Assembly: GCA_963829055.1 (NCBI GenBank)
Contig: CAWHHI010000020.1
Coordinates: 320,001-384,000, forward strand
From: an uncultured Gemmatimonadaceae bacterium
GTDB lineage: Bacteria; Gemmatimonadota; Gemmatimonadetes; Gemmatimonadales; Gemmatimonadaceae
Reading direction: 5' to 3'
DNA: 64,000 nucleotides
Of this stretch, positions 55,348 through 64,000 are shown piece after piece (position 1 is the stretch's first letter; every line of letters begins with the position of its first letter). A model generated the notes under the pieces. It was not told where the DNA came from and did no database searches. It was given only the letters and a program-made list of their open reading frames with translations. The position numbers were made by a program, and so were the translations under genes.

Positions 55348-55749
55348 TCACTTCACCAGCGTAACGAGCGGCTTCCCTTTCTCGACGACATACGTGGCGA
55401 GCTCCGCCCCGTTGCCGCTGCCGACGTTCTTCGCCGCGTGGATCGCTCCGGCCGGAACGAGCAGGACGTCGCCGGCCTTGTAGGTCGCCGGTGGCCGGCC
55501 CTCGACCTGGTACTCCAGCGTGCCTTCGAGGACATAAATGATCTCTTCGCCGAAATGCGTGTGCCTGGGAGAGACATACCCCGGGTCGAAATCGACGCGT
55601 ACCTGGACCACCTCTCGTCCGGGAACGCTGAGATCGTGCCGCTGCAGGTCGGTGCGTCTGGTTCCCGCCTGCTGCAACGCCGCCCCATCTGGTGCCAAAC
55701 CGGTTCCGACGATCAGCATCGCTACTCCTATGATGACTGTCACTCTCAT
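55348..55749 (-). CDS. Exported cupin-domain protein
   Basis: Signal peptide; PRHTHFGEEIIYVLEG..VPAGAIHAA. Confidence 0.9.
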   Translation of the reverse strand: MRVTVIIGVAMLIVGTGLAPDGAALQQAGTRRTDLQRHDLSVPGREVVQVRVDFDPGYVSPRHTHFGEEIIYVLEGTLEYQVEGRPPATYKAGDVLLVPAGAIHAAKNVGSGNGAELATYVVEKGKPLVTLVK

Positions 55750-55840
55750 GTGGATCTTCTCCGTCCTGACCACTGGAGTGATGGAATGCGGGAGCAGACG
55801 ACGCGCACGTTAGGCGCATCGTCTGCTCCCTGACAACGCG

Positions 55841-57283
55841 TTACCGCAGCGACTTGAACGCCGCGCGCAGCTCCGCCGCGAACAGCTCCGGGTACTCCCA
55901 CATGGCGAAGTGACCGCCTCTGTCGACTTCGTTGAAGTAGCTCAGTGTGGGGAAGGCACGACGGGCCCAGGGCTCCTGGGCGCGAAGGATTTCGTCCGGG
56001 AACAGGGTGACGGCCACCGGCACCTTGATCTCGGCGGACTTCTGGTCGCCAGCACTGGTCAGATTCGTTCCCCGGTTCTCCCAGTAGATCCGCGCCGACG
56101 AGGCGGCGGTGTTCGTCAGCCAGTACAGCGAGAAGTTGTCCAGCACGTCGTCCCGCGTCGGTGACTGCTTGGGGTCCTTGCCGTATGACCACTTCGTGAA
56201 CCCCGAGTGCTGGAGCATGAACCCCGCGAGGCCGGCGGGGGAATCCGTGACGCCATAGCCGACCGCCTGCGGCCGCGCGCCCATCATCGTTAGGTAAGCC
56301 AGGCCCCCGCCACCCACGTACGCTCCCAGGTCCCTGACGGCCAAGCGCTCCTTCTCGGACATCGCCGCCAGCGCGGCCTTGTCGCCGCCAAGCGCGCCGC
56401 CTACTTCGGCAGTGATCACCGCCGGGAAGTTGGTGTGGATGCCGAGCAGCCCCGCCGGCGCCTGCCGGCCCATCGCTTCGACGACGCCCGCGCCCCAGTC
56501 TCCGCCCTGCGCGACATAGCGCGTGTACCCCAGCCGCTTCATGAGGACGGCCCACGCGGCGCCGATACGCTCCAACCCCCAACCCGCCTCGGTCGGATGC
56601 CCCGAGAACCCGAAGCCAGGCAGCGACGGAATCACGACGTCGAACGCATCCTCGGCGCGACCGCCGAACTTCGTCGGATCGGTGAGCGGGCCAATGAGCT
56701 TGATCTGCTCGAACACGGAGCCCGGCCATCCGTGCGTGATGATCAGCGGCATCGCGTTAGGGTGGGGCGACTTGACGTGGATGAAGTGGATGTCGACGCC
56801 GTCAATGTTCGTCATGAACTGCGGCAGAGCGTTGAGCTTTGCCTCACCCTTGCGCCAGTCGTAGCCGTTGCCCCAGTAGCGCACCAGCTCCTGGAGCTGC
56901 GCCAGCTGCGCGCCCTGCGACGCATCGGCGACGGTTTCCTTGTCGGGCCACCGCGTCATCTGGAGCCGGCGGCGGAGGTCGGCCACTGCTTCGTCCGACA
57001 CGCGTGCCCGGAACGGTCGGATCGAGGTGTCTGCCGTTCCCGCGCGAGTCGCCGGCGTTGCAAGCGGCAGGTCAACGGTGCTGAGCTCTGTCATGGTCTT
57101 GCTCCGATTGAGTGTGGCGCGAGCATCGCGGCTCGCGGTGACGGCCTGGGCCTGCGCGAGCGCTGACAGCGACACGAAAAGACCCAAGCTGAGTGCCCAG
57201 ATCGAGAGGAGATGGGTGGTGCTGTCCCGGGCTCGCCCGACGTCCCTGGTGACGCCGGCGGCCTCGATAGTCGTGGTTCCCAT
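55841..57283 (-). CDS. Epoxide hydrolase paralog 3 with Sec-type leader
   Basis: GGAG SD; hydrophobic segment ending ALAQA; HGWPGS, QGGDWG, GGHFAMWE. Confidence 0.95.
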   Translation of the reverse strand: MGTTTIEAAGVTRDVGRARDSTTHLLSIWALSLGLFVSLSALAQAQAVTASRDARATLNRSKTMTELSTVDLPLATPATRAGTADTSIRPFRARVSDEAVADLRRRLQMTRWPDKETVADASQGAQLAQLQELVRYWGNGYDWRKGEAKLNALPQFMTNIDGVDIHFIHVKSPHPNAMPLIITHGWPGSVFEQIKLIGPLTDPTKFGGRAEDAFDVVIPSLPGFGFSGHPTEAGWGLERIGAAWAVLMKRLGYTRYVAQGGDWGAGVVEAMGRQAPAGLLGIHTNFPAVITAEVGGALGGDKAALAAMSEKERLAVRDLGAYVGGGGLAYLTMMGARPQAVGYGVTDSPAGLAGFMLQHSGFTKWSYGKDPKQSPTRDDVLDNFSLYWLTNTAASSARIYWENRGTNLTSAGDQKSAEIKVPVAVTLFPDEILRAQEPWARRAFPTLSYFNEVDRGGHFAMWEYPELFAAELRAAFKSLR

Positions 57284-57385
57284 GGCGGACTCCGCGAAAG
57301 AGGTGACGGTGAAGCGCATTCGCTTCGCTTGGGACGCAATGCGCTGATCGCGGAGACAATGTCTCGAGTTCGCGAAAACCATCGT

Positions 57386-57420
57386 ATTGCACGATGGTAT
57401 CGATCGATACCTAGGTATCG
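57386..57420 (-). promoter_or_regulatory. 17-bp box plus perfect 16-bp palindrome upstream of epoxide hydrolase 3
   Basis: ATTGCACGATGGTATCG (57386-57402) and CGATACCTAGGTATCG (57405-57420). Confidence 0.8.
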
Positions 57421-57552
57421 CCTAACGATTTCTCGCCATGACCGCCCGGCCACGGCTCGTGCCGATCCGCGCGAAAGCGAGATAGCCGGGTAGCACAGCG
57501 GCGCGCCTAACGGGCGCGCCACTGACTGTACGACCGGCGAGCTGGCGGTGAG

Positions 57553-58996
57553 CTACCGGACCGATTTGAACGCCGCGCGCAGCTCCGCCGCGAAGAGCTG
57601 CGGCTGTTCCCAGGCGGCGAAGTGCCCACCTTTGTCGACCTTGTTGAAGTAGATGAGCTTGGGGTACGCCCGCTCCGTCCAGCTCCGCGGAGCCTCGTAC
57701 TGCTCGCTGGGAAAGACGCTCACGGCCACCGGAATGGAGACGCCCTTCGTATTGAAGAAACCGCCCTTGTATTCCCAGTAGAGACGCGACGCGGAGACCC
57801 CCGTGTTCGTGAGCCAGTAGAGCGTGATGTTGTCGAGGATCTCGTCCCGCGTCAGTTCGCCCGTGGCGCTCGTCTTCCGCGTTAGGGCCGAGGCGACCGC
57901 CACCGCCGGCTGGCCATCAGCGTCATTGTGGTCGAGCAGCCACGCGGCCAACCCGACCGGCGAATCGGCGATGCCGTACAGCGTCTGCGGGCGCGCCGCC
58001 ATGTACTTGGCGTAGTCGACCTGCTTGAACGTCCGTACCAGCTGCTCGTAGGCGCGTCGTTCCTCAGCTGAGAGACCCGATGGCGGCGGGGCTCCGGCCA
58101 GGAGGGCCTTGTCGACGTCCGCTGGAACGGTGGCGGGCATGTTGGTGTGGATGGCGAGCAATCCGGCAGGTGCTTGCAATCCCATCTGGTCGACGACGAA
58201 CGCGCCCCAGTCGCCGCCCTGGGCCACATAGCGGGTGTAGCCGAGGCGCTTCATCAGTTCTGCCCAGGCTCGGCCCATGCGCTCGGGGCCCCAGCCGGTG
58301 CTCGTCGGTTTGCCGGAGAAGCCGTAGCCCGGCATCGACGGGATCACGACGTCGAACGCGTCCTCTGCTCGGCCGCCGTACCTGGTCGGGTCGGTGAGCG
58401 GGCCGATGAGCTTGAGCTGCTCGATGACCGAGCCGGGCCACCCGTGGTTGATGACGAGCGGCAACGCATTCGCGTGTTTCGAACGCACGTGAATGAAATG
58501 AATGTCCAGCCCGTCGATCGTCGTGATGAACTGCGGGAGGGCATTCAGCTTCGCTTCGACCTTGCGCCAGTCGTAGTCCGTCGCCCAATAGCGCGCGAGT
58601 TGCTGCATCGTCGCCAGCGGCACGCCCTGCGATTCATCGGCAACGGTCTCCTTCTCGGGCCACTGCGTCGCGAGAATTCTTCGACGGAGGTCGGCGAGCT
58701 TCTCGTCGGACATGCTGACGCGGTACGGTCGGATCGACTTGTCCTCCGATGCGGTGCGCGGTGCCGGGTGCCGCGAGCGGCGCATCCACGGTGTTCAGCT
58801 CTGTCATGGTCGTGCTCCGGTTGAGTGATGGGCGAGCGTCGCGGCTCGGGCTGGAGACCTGAGCGTGCGCAAGCGCGGAGAGCGACGTCCACATGGCAAT
58901 GCCGAGCGCGACGATGAAGCAGAGACGGACCATGCCGTCTTTCGCCGGGCGTGCCTCGGGCCTGGTGTCCCAGCTCTCGATGCTCACGTTTCTCAT
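57553..58996 (-). CDS. Epoxide hydrolase paralog 4 with Sec-type leader; frameshift near 58780
   Basis: GGAGG SD; leader ending ALAHA; HGWPGS, QGGDWG, GGHFAAWEQP. Confidence 0.9.
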
Positions 58997-59099
58997 GGCT
59001 GCCTCCAGAAGAGAGTTGTCCGCGTTATGCATCCGTGTTGCGCGGATGACTCTTGCGCGAACGTGGACAGAATCTCTGGGAGGGCGCGGCCAGCATCGT

Positions 59100-59134
59100 A
59101 TTGCACAATGGTATCGACCGATACCTAGGTATCG
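59100..59134 (-). promoter_or_regulatory. 17-bp box plus perfect 16-bp palindrome upstream of epoxide hydrolase 4
   Basis: ATTGCACAATGGTATCG (59100-59116) and CGATACCTAGGTATCG (59119-59134). Confidence 0.8.
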
Positions 59135-59149
59135 ATTGCGACGCGCTCG

Positions 59150-62100
59150 ATGCCGCGTAAGATCAGCGTCATGGTGACCACCGGTGTACGCGCTGCAGTC
59201 GCGTGCGCGTTCATCGCTGCCGCAGCGCCCACGCTTCGAGGCCAGCGTCCCCCGCCGGCGGTGGGCGAGCTGGAACACACGGTGTGGACGATTCGCGATG
59301 GCGCGCCGCCCGGCGTAACCGCGTTCGCCCAGTCGGCAGACGGAGTGCTGTGGATCGGCGCCACCACGGGGCTGTACCGATTCGATGGCGTACGCTTCGA
59401 GCTGTTCGAGCCACCCGCTTCGCAGCCGCTACCGTTCCTCTCCATCAGCGCGCTGCTCGCGCTCCCGGACAGCACACTCTGGGTTGGCTACACATTCGGC
59501 GGTGCAAGCGTGCTGGCCCGCGGGCGGGTGGTGAGCTACAGCCAGCGCGACGGCCTGCCCGAAGGAACGATCAACGCAATCGCGCGCGATTCAGCGGGAG
59601 ATATCTGGGCGGCTACGACAACCGGCCTCGCGCGACTGTACGGCGGCCGCTGGCAACGTATCGGCGCGGAGAACGGATACCCGGGCGGCCCGGCGTCCGA
59701 CCTTCTCGTCGACCGACGTGGAACGCTGTGGGCCCCGACGGGCGCTGGCGTCTTCGTCCTTCCGCGTGGCGCAATCCGATTCATGCGGCAGGCGCCTCCG
59801 CTCGATGCGGCGGGCAATGGCAGCGCTGGTGTACCGCGTGAGGCGCCGGACGGTTCCGTCTGGGGTGCGTCCACCACGCTCGGCCTAACGCGACTCTCCG
59901 ATTCCGCTGGGCGAGCCACGCCAGCTCGGCCGGCGGCCGAGCGCCTGCGCGAAGCGTGGTCGCTCTTCGTGGACCGTCGCGCGCACGCATGGCTCGACGG
60001 GCCCGGCGGCCTCGTCCGAGTCTCGCTCACGGCGAGGAATGCCAGTGAGTCCGTGAGCAGCCTAACGCCGGCCGGGTTCCCGGTGGAGCGAGTCCCGCTG
60101 CGAACCGGCCCGCAGGGGTACTCGGCGTTCGAAGACCGCGAAGGCAACGTGTGGGTCGGAACGGCCGGCGGCATCGAGCGGTTCCGGCAGACGAAGCTCA
60201 CACCCGTCGTGCTCCCGGAACCCATGGATGGGCCTGCGCTCGCGGCTGCGGCCGACGGATCAGTGTGGCTCGCAAGCTACGTCAACACGCTGCTCGAGGT
60301 CGGCGATCGTGTGGTCGTCCACGCCGGAGTTCCCGCCAACATCACGTCTGCCTACCGCGACCTCAGTGGCGGCGTGTGGCTCGGCGGCCCAGGGGGGATG
60401 TGGAACGCGCCAGGCGGCTCGTCTTCCTCGAGCACTCGCTTCACGCGCGTCCCGCTGCCCGACGAAGCCGGACCCGGCGAAGTCCAGGCCATCGCGCGGA
60501 CGCCCGACGGCGACCTGTGGGTCTCGATCCGCGGCCAGCGAATGAAGGGCGTCTTCCGACGACGCGATGGCGTGTGGTCACGCGCTCCGTTGCCAACGGG
60601 TTTTGCGGACCAGCTCGCGCTGACGGTCGTCGCCGACAGCGGGGGTCGGATCTGGCTGGGGTACACGGGAAATCGCCTCCTGCTCGCCACCGGTGATTCG
60701 ATTCGCGTCTATTCCGACGGCGATGGGCTTCAGCTCGGCAGCGTGACCGCGCTCGTAGTGCGCGGCCCCCGCGTCTGGATCGGCGGCGAGTCGGGCCTAA
60801 CGAGCCTGGTCGACGACCGCTTCCGATCCGTGGCCGCCACGGAGACGCTCCGTGGCATCACAGGGATCATCGAGGCCCCGGACGGCGACATCTGGCTCAA
60901 CGGCGTCGGCGGCGTCACCCACATCGAGGCCACCGAGATCCGTCGTGCGCTCGAGAATCCCGCTTATCGCGCGCACGCGGAACGCTTCGATTACCACGAC
61001 GGTCTCAACGGCCAGGCCCCGCAAATCCGGCCGTTCCCCACGGCGATCCAGGGCACCGACGGACGTCTGTGGTTCACGACCGAAAGAGGCGTCGCGTGGA
61101 TCGATCCGACCAACATCACGCGAAACAGGCTTCCACCTCCGGTTCAGATTCGCGCGATGAGTGTGGCGGGCAAGCAATACGACGTCCACGATCGCGTTGC
61201 GCTACCCGCGCGCACCACCCAGATCCAGATCGCGTACACAGCACTGAGTCTCGCGATGCCGGATCGTGTCAGGTTCCGCTACCGGCTCGCGGGCGTCGAC
61301 ACGTCGTGGGCAGAAGCCGGGACGCGACGCGAGGCATTCTACACCAACCTCGAGCCAGGGTCGTATCGATTCCAGGTGATCGCGGCCAACGAGGATGATG
61401 TCTGGAACGAGACCGGGGCGAGCGTGGTCTTCGACATCCCGCCCACGTTCACCCAAACAAAGGCGTTCGTGGCATTGATGGCGACCGCCGCCCTGTCTGC
61501 CGTGCTGCTTCTCGCGCTCTGGCGGCAGCGGCAGTTGGCCCGCACGCTCCGTGCGCAGTTCGAGGGCACGCTCGCCGAACGCGCACGAGTCGCCCGGGAG
61601 CTGCACGACACGCTGCTCGGCGACATGGCCGGCGTGGCGATGCAGCTGAATGCGGGTGCGCGGCGCATCGACGCAGCCGGCGGCGCCAACGCGCCGGTCG
61701 TCGATCTGCTGTCGGCACTGAGCAAACAGGTCCAGCGCTCGCTCGTCGAGGCCAGGCGTTCGGTGACAGCCATGCGCGGGTCGCCTGAAGAGCTACCTCC
61801 GCTCCACGAGCAGCTCGCCAACGCGGCGCGCCGGACGTTCGCCGACAGCGGAATCGCCCCGCATGTCGAGCACGCGGGGTCCGCGCGGCCGTACCCACCT
61901 AACGTGGAAGCGGAGATCGTCGGCATTGTGAGCGAGGCAATGGCGAACGCGCGCAAACACGCCGGGTGCGAACGCGTAACGATCACGTGCAGCTACGCGC
62001 CACGGGAGTTGCGTGTGCGTGTGCGCGACGACGGCCGGGGATTCGATCAGTCGCAGGCGACGCCGACCGGTCATTGGGGTCTGGTCGGGATGCGTGAACG

Positions 62101-62233
62101 GGCCGCGTCGATAGGCGCCAGGCTCGCCGTCACGAGCGCCGCGACAGTCGGGACCGAGGTCGTCCTCGTCGTGCCAGGAGGACCGGGCCGATGGACCTGG
62201 TGGAACCGATCGATTTCACCCACGCAGGGCTGA
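59150..62233 (+). CDS. Periplasmic beta-propeller + Y_Y_Y sensor histidine kinase (HisKA_3)
   Basis: DxxGxLWxxT repeats, YRLAG..AFYTNLEPGSYRFQV, TM, ERARVARELHDTL, NARKHA, DDGRGF, HWGLVGMRER. Confidence 0.95.
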   Translation: MPRKISVMVTTGVRAAVACAFIAAAAPTLRGQRPPPAVGELEHTVWTIRDGAPPGVTAFAQSADGVLWIGATTGLYRFDGVRFELFEPPASQPLPFLSISALLALPDSTLWVGYTFGGASVLARGRVVSYSQRDGLPEGTINAIARDSAGDIWAATTTGLARLYGGRWQRIGAENGYPGGPASDLLVDRRGTLWAPTGAGVFVLPRGAIRFMRQAPPLDAAGNGSAGVPREAPDGSVWGASTTLGLTRLSDSAGRATPARPAAERLREAWSLFVDRRAHAWLDGPGGLVRVSLTARNASESVSSLTPAGFPVERVPLRTGPQGYSAFEDREGNVWVGTAGGIERFRQTKLTPVVLPEPMDGPALAAAADGSVWLASYVNTLLEVGDRVVVHAGVPANITSAYRDLSGGVWLGGPGGMWNAPGGSSSSSTRFTRVPLPDEAGPGEVQAIARTPDGDLWVSIRGQRMKGVFRRRDGVWSRAPLPTGFADQLALTVVADSGGRIWLGYTGNRLLLATGDSIRVYSDGDGLQLGSVTALVVRGPRVWIGGESGLTSLVDDRFRSVAATETLRGITGIIEAPDGDIWLNGVGGVTHIEATEIRRALENPAYRAHAERFDYHDGLNGQAPQIRPFPTAIQGTDGRLWFTTERGVAWIDPTNITRNRLPPPVQIRAMSVAGKQYDVHDRVALPARTTQIQIAYTALSLAMPDRVRFRYRLAGVDTSWAEAGTRREAFYTNLEPGSYRFQVIAANEDDVWNETGASVVFDIPPTFTQTKAFVALMATAALSAVLLLALWRQRQLARTLRAQFEGTLAERARVARELHDTLLGDMAGVAMQLNAGARRIDAAGGANAPVVDLLSALSKQVQRSLVEARRSVTAMRGSPEELPPLHEQLANAARRTFADSGIAPHVEHAGSARPYPPNVEAEIVGIVSEAMANARKHAGCERVTITCSYAPRELRVRVRDDGRGFDQSQATPTGHWGLVGMRERAASIGARLAVTSAATVGTEVVLVVPGGPGRWTWWNRSISPTQG

Positions 62234-62252
62234 CGGACAGCCTCGCCTCGAC

Positions 62253-62266
62253 TCCCCAAATGGGGA
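62253..62266. promoter_or_regulatory. Candidate NarL/LuxR-type palindrome
   Basis: TCCCCA-AA-TGGGGA between the kinase and the hydrolase/regulator genes. Confidence 0.5.
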
Positions 62267-62349
62267 AGCGCAAGACCGGTCATCTCGGCGATGTTCTCCT
62301 GGGTGCGGCGGGGGCATTGTTCCGCACACCACCATACGCGGAGAGACCC

Positions 62350-63166
62350 ATGGAGTCGCACGCCCTCGTCCAGGCCTTCGGAATGACCGCCCAGGGCACG
62401 CACTTCCAGGCGTCGCGCTTCCCGAATCAGAGATCCCGGTATCGCGAATCGAAGATGCCAGCGCGACCAACCATCATCCTCGTTCACGGCGCGTTCGTCG
62501 ACGGCTCGGCTTGGCAAGCGGTGCAGAGGATCCTGCGGGACGACGGCTACACCGTCCGCATTGCGCAGAACCCGACGACATCGCTGGCCGACGACGCGGC
62601 CGCAATTCGCCGCGCCGTGGACGCGCAGGACGGGCCGGTGATCCTCGTCGGCCACTCGTACGGCGGCGCCGTCATCACCGAGGCGGGCAGCCATCCGAAG
62701 GTCACGGGCCTCGTCTACATCGCGGCGTTCGCGCCCGACGAGGGCGAGTCCGTTTCCTGGCTCATGAATGATCCAACGCCGGGCGCGCCAGTGCCGCCCA
62801 TTGTCCCAGCGCAGCAGGACGGATTCCTGCTGCTCGATCGCACGAAGTTCGCGGCATCGTTCGCGGCCGACGTGGACGCGGAGACCGCGCGGCACATGGC
62901 CGAGTCGCAGGTACCCTGGGGGATCGGGGCGCTGACTGGTGCCGTCACCGAACCGGCGTGGCGGAGGAAACCCAGCTGGTATCTCGTTGCGGCCGACGAC
63001 AGAGATGATCCCTGCGCGAGCGCAATGGGCGATGGCGAAACGTGCGGGGTCACGCGTGACGGAGACCGGCGGGAGCCACGCGCTGTACGTGTCGAAGCCG
63101 GCCGTCGTGGCGTCGGCCATCGCCACCGCAGCGCGTGGCACGACCGTGGCCGCGAGATGTGCCTAA
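62350..63166 (+). CDS. Alpha/beta hydrolase (Abhydrolase_6 type); frameshift near 63000; start may be 62455
   Basis: ILVHGAFVDG, LVGHSYGG; C-terminal DxMIP..GGSHALY continues in ORF 62939..63166. Confidence 0.9.
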
Positions 63167-63183
63167 CGACTACAACAGGCGAC

Positions 63184-63825
63184 ATGATGATGTCCGAAGG
63201 CGTGCGCATCCGCGTTCTCACGGCCGACGACCATCCCGTGGTTCGCGCCGGCATCGCGGCCATGATCGGGATCGAGCCCGACATGGACATCGTGGCCGAG
63301 GCGCGAGACGGAGCGGAAGCCATTGCGCTGTTCGAGGCGCATCGCCCGGATGTCGTACTGATCGACCTCCGGATGCCGAAGTTGGACGGCGTGTCGGCGA
63401 TTCGCGCGATTCGCGCCATCGAGCCTAACGCACGCGTAATCGCCCTCACGACCTACGACGGCGACACCGACATTCATCGCGCGCTGAGCGCGGGCGCGTG
63501 CGCGTACCTGATCAAGGATGCGATGATCGAGCAGCTCGTTGCCGCCATCCGCTCGGCCGCCTCTGGGAAACGGGTCATTCCCTCGGACGTCGCGACCAGG
63601 CTCGCCGAATTCACGCCGAGGGTAGATCTGAGTGCCCGCGAGCAGGAAGTGTTGGGCCACGTCGCCAGAGGACTCGGGAACAAGGAGATCGCGCAGGCGA
63701 TCGGCCGATCGGCCGAGACGGTGAAGGCTCACCTCGAGAGTGTTTTCGAAAAGCTTGGCGCCAGGGATCGCACGCACGCGGTGACGATCGCGCTGCAGCG
63801 CGGGATCATACACCTCGATGAGTGA
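63184..63825 (+). CDS. NarL-family response regulator
   Basis: IRVLTADDHPVVRAG..IDLRMP..LSAREQEVL..NKEIA..ETVKAH. Confidence 0.95.
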   Translation: MMMSEGVRIRVLTADDHPVVRAGIAAMIGIEPDMDIVAEARDGAEAIALFEAHRPDVVLIDLRMPKLDGVSAIRAIRAIEPNARVIALTTYDGDTDIHRALSAGACAYLIKDAMIEQLVAAIRSAASGKRVIPSDVATRLAEFTPRVDLSAREQEVLGHVARGLGNKEIAQAIGRSAETVKAHLESVFEKLGARDRTHAVTIALQRGIIHLDE

Positions 63826-64000
63826 CATCCATGTCGGACGCTCCCGTATGAACGGAACGCATCGCGCACATGCGTGATGTGCGTTCGGACCATGCAGGGC
63901 GATCTCCTACGTTCGAATAGCGTCGCGGTGAAATGCCGCGAGGATATTCGAACCGGGAGATCCGATGCTCGGTGTGGCATTCCTCGCGAGGCGCAAAGCG

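Noticed and set aside
37..63429. GTTAGG as a telomere-like repeat or eukaryotic contamination
   Set aside because: Sites are isolated single copies inside ordinary bacterial genes and are never tandem.
62191..63825. 544-aa hydrolase-response regulator fusion ORF
   Set aside because: The hydrolase C-terminus, including the catalytic His region, continues in another frame (62939..63166), so the fusion comes from an indel near 63000.

Overview
High-GC (roughly 68%, by eye) bacterial chromosomal window. The gene content (PadR-ADOP permease pairs, small lineage-type proteins, palindromic repeats) suggests Gemmatimonadota, which is an inference. Many genes at 0.4-11 kb and 18-24 kb, and scattered ones elsewhere, are split by single-base frameshifts that look like long-read errors. 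Layout: (1) 0-8.4 kb enzymes and a PAS hybrid kinase; (2) 8.7-24 kb four ADOP-type permeases, two PadR regulators, an NlpC/P60 protein and a nitrilase; (3) 24.9-38.7 kb a stress/hypoxia-like cluster (DoxX-YVTN, outer-membrane protein, two YceI, PNPOx-like, two Usp, two-domain multicopper oxidase, kinase and NarL-type regulator); (4) 38.9-43.9 kb NDH-2-like flavoprotein, Gly/RGG-tailed cold-shock protein, DsbA-like protein; (5) 43.9-63.8 kb four epoxide hydrolase paralogs, three other alpha/beta hydrolases, DipZ-like thioredoxin, MsrA, cupin and two two-component systems. Main non-gene signals: CCTAAC(G) occurs about 71 times (about once per kb, also inside genes via rare codons); a conserved 17-bp box CGATACCAT(C/T)GTG(C/T)AAT lies upstream of five hydrolase units; three epoxide hydrolases have internal SD+ATG starts after their signal peptides; and modular nested palindromic elements share one core. 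No rRNA, tRNA, CRISPR array or transposase was seen.
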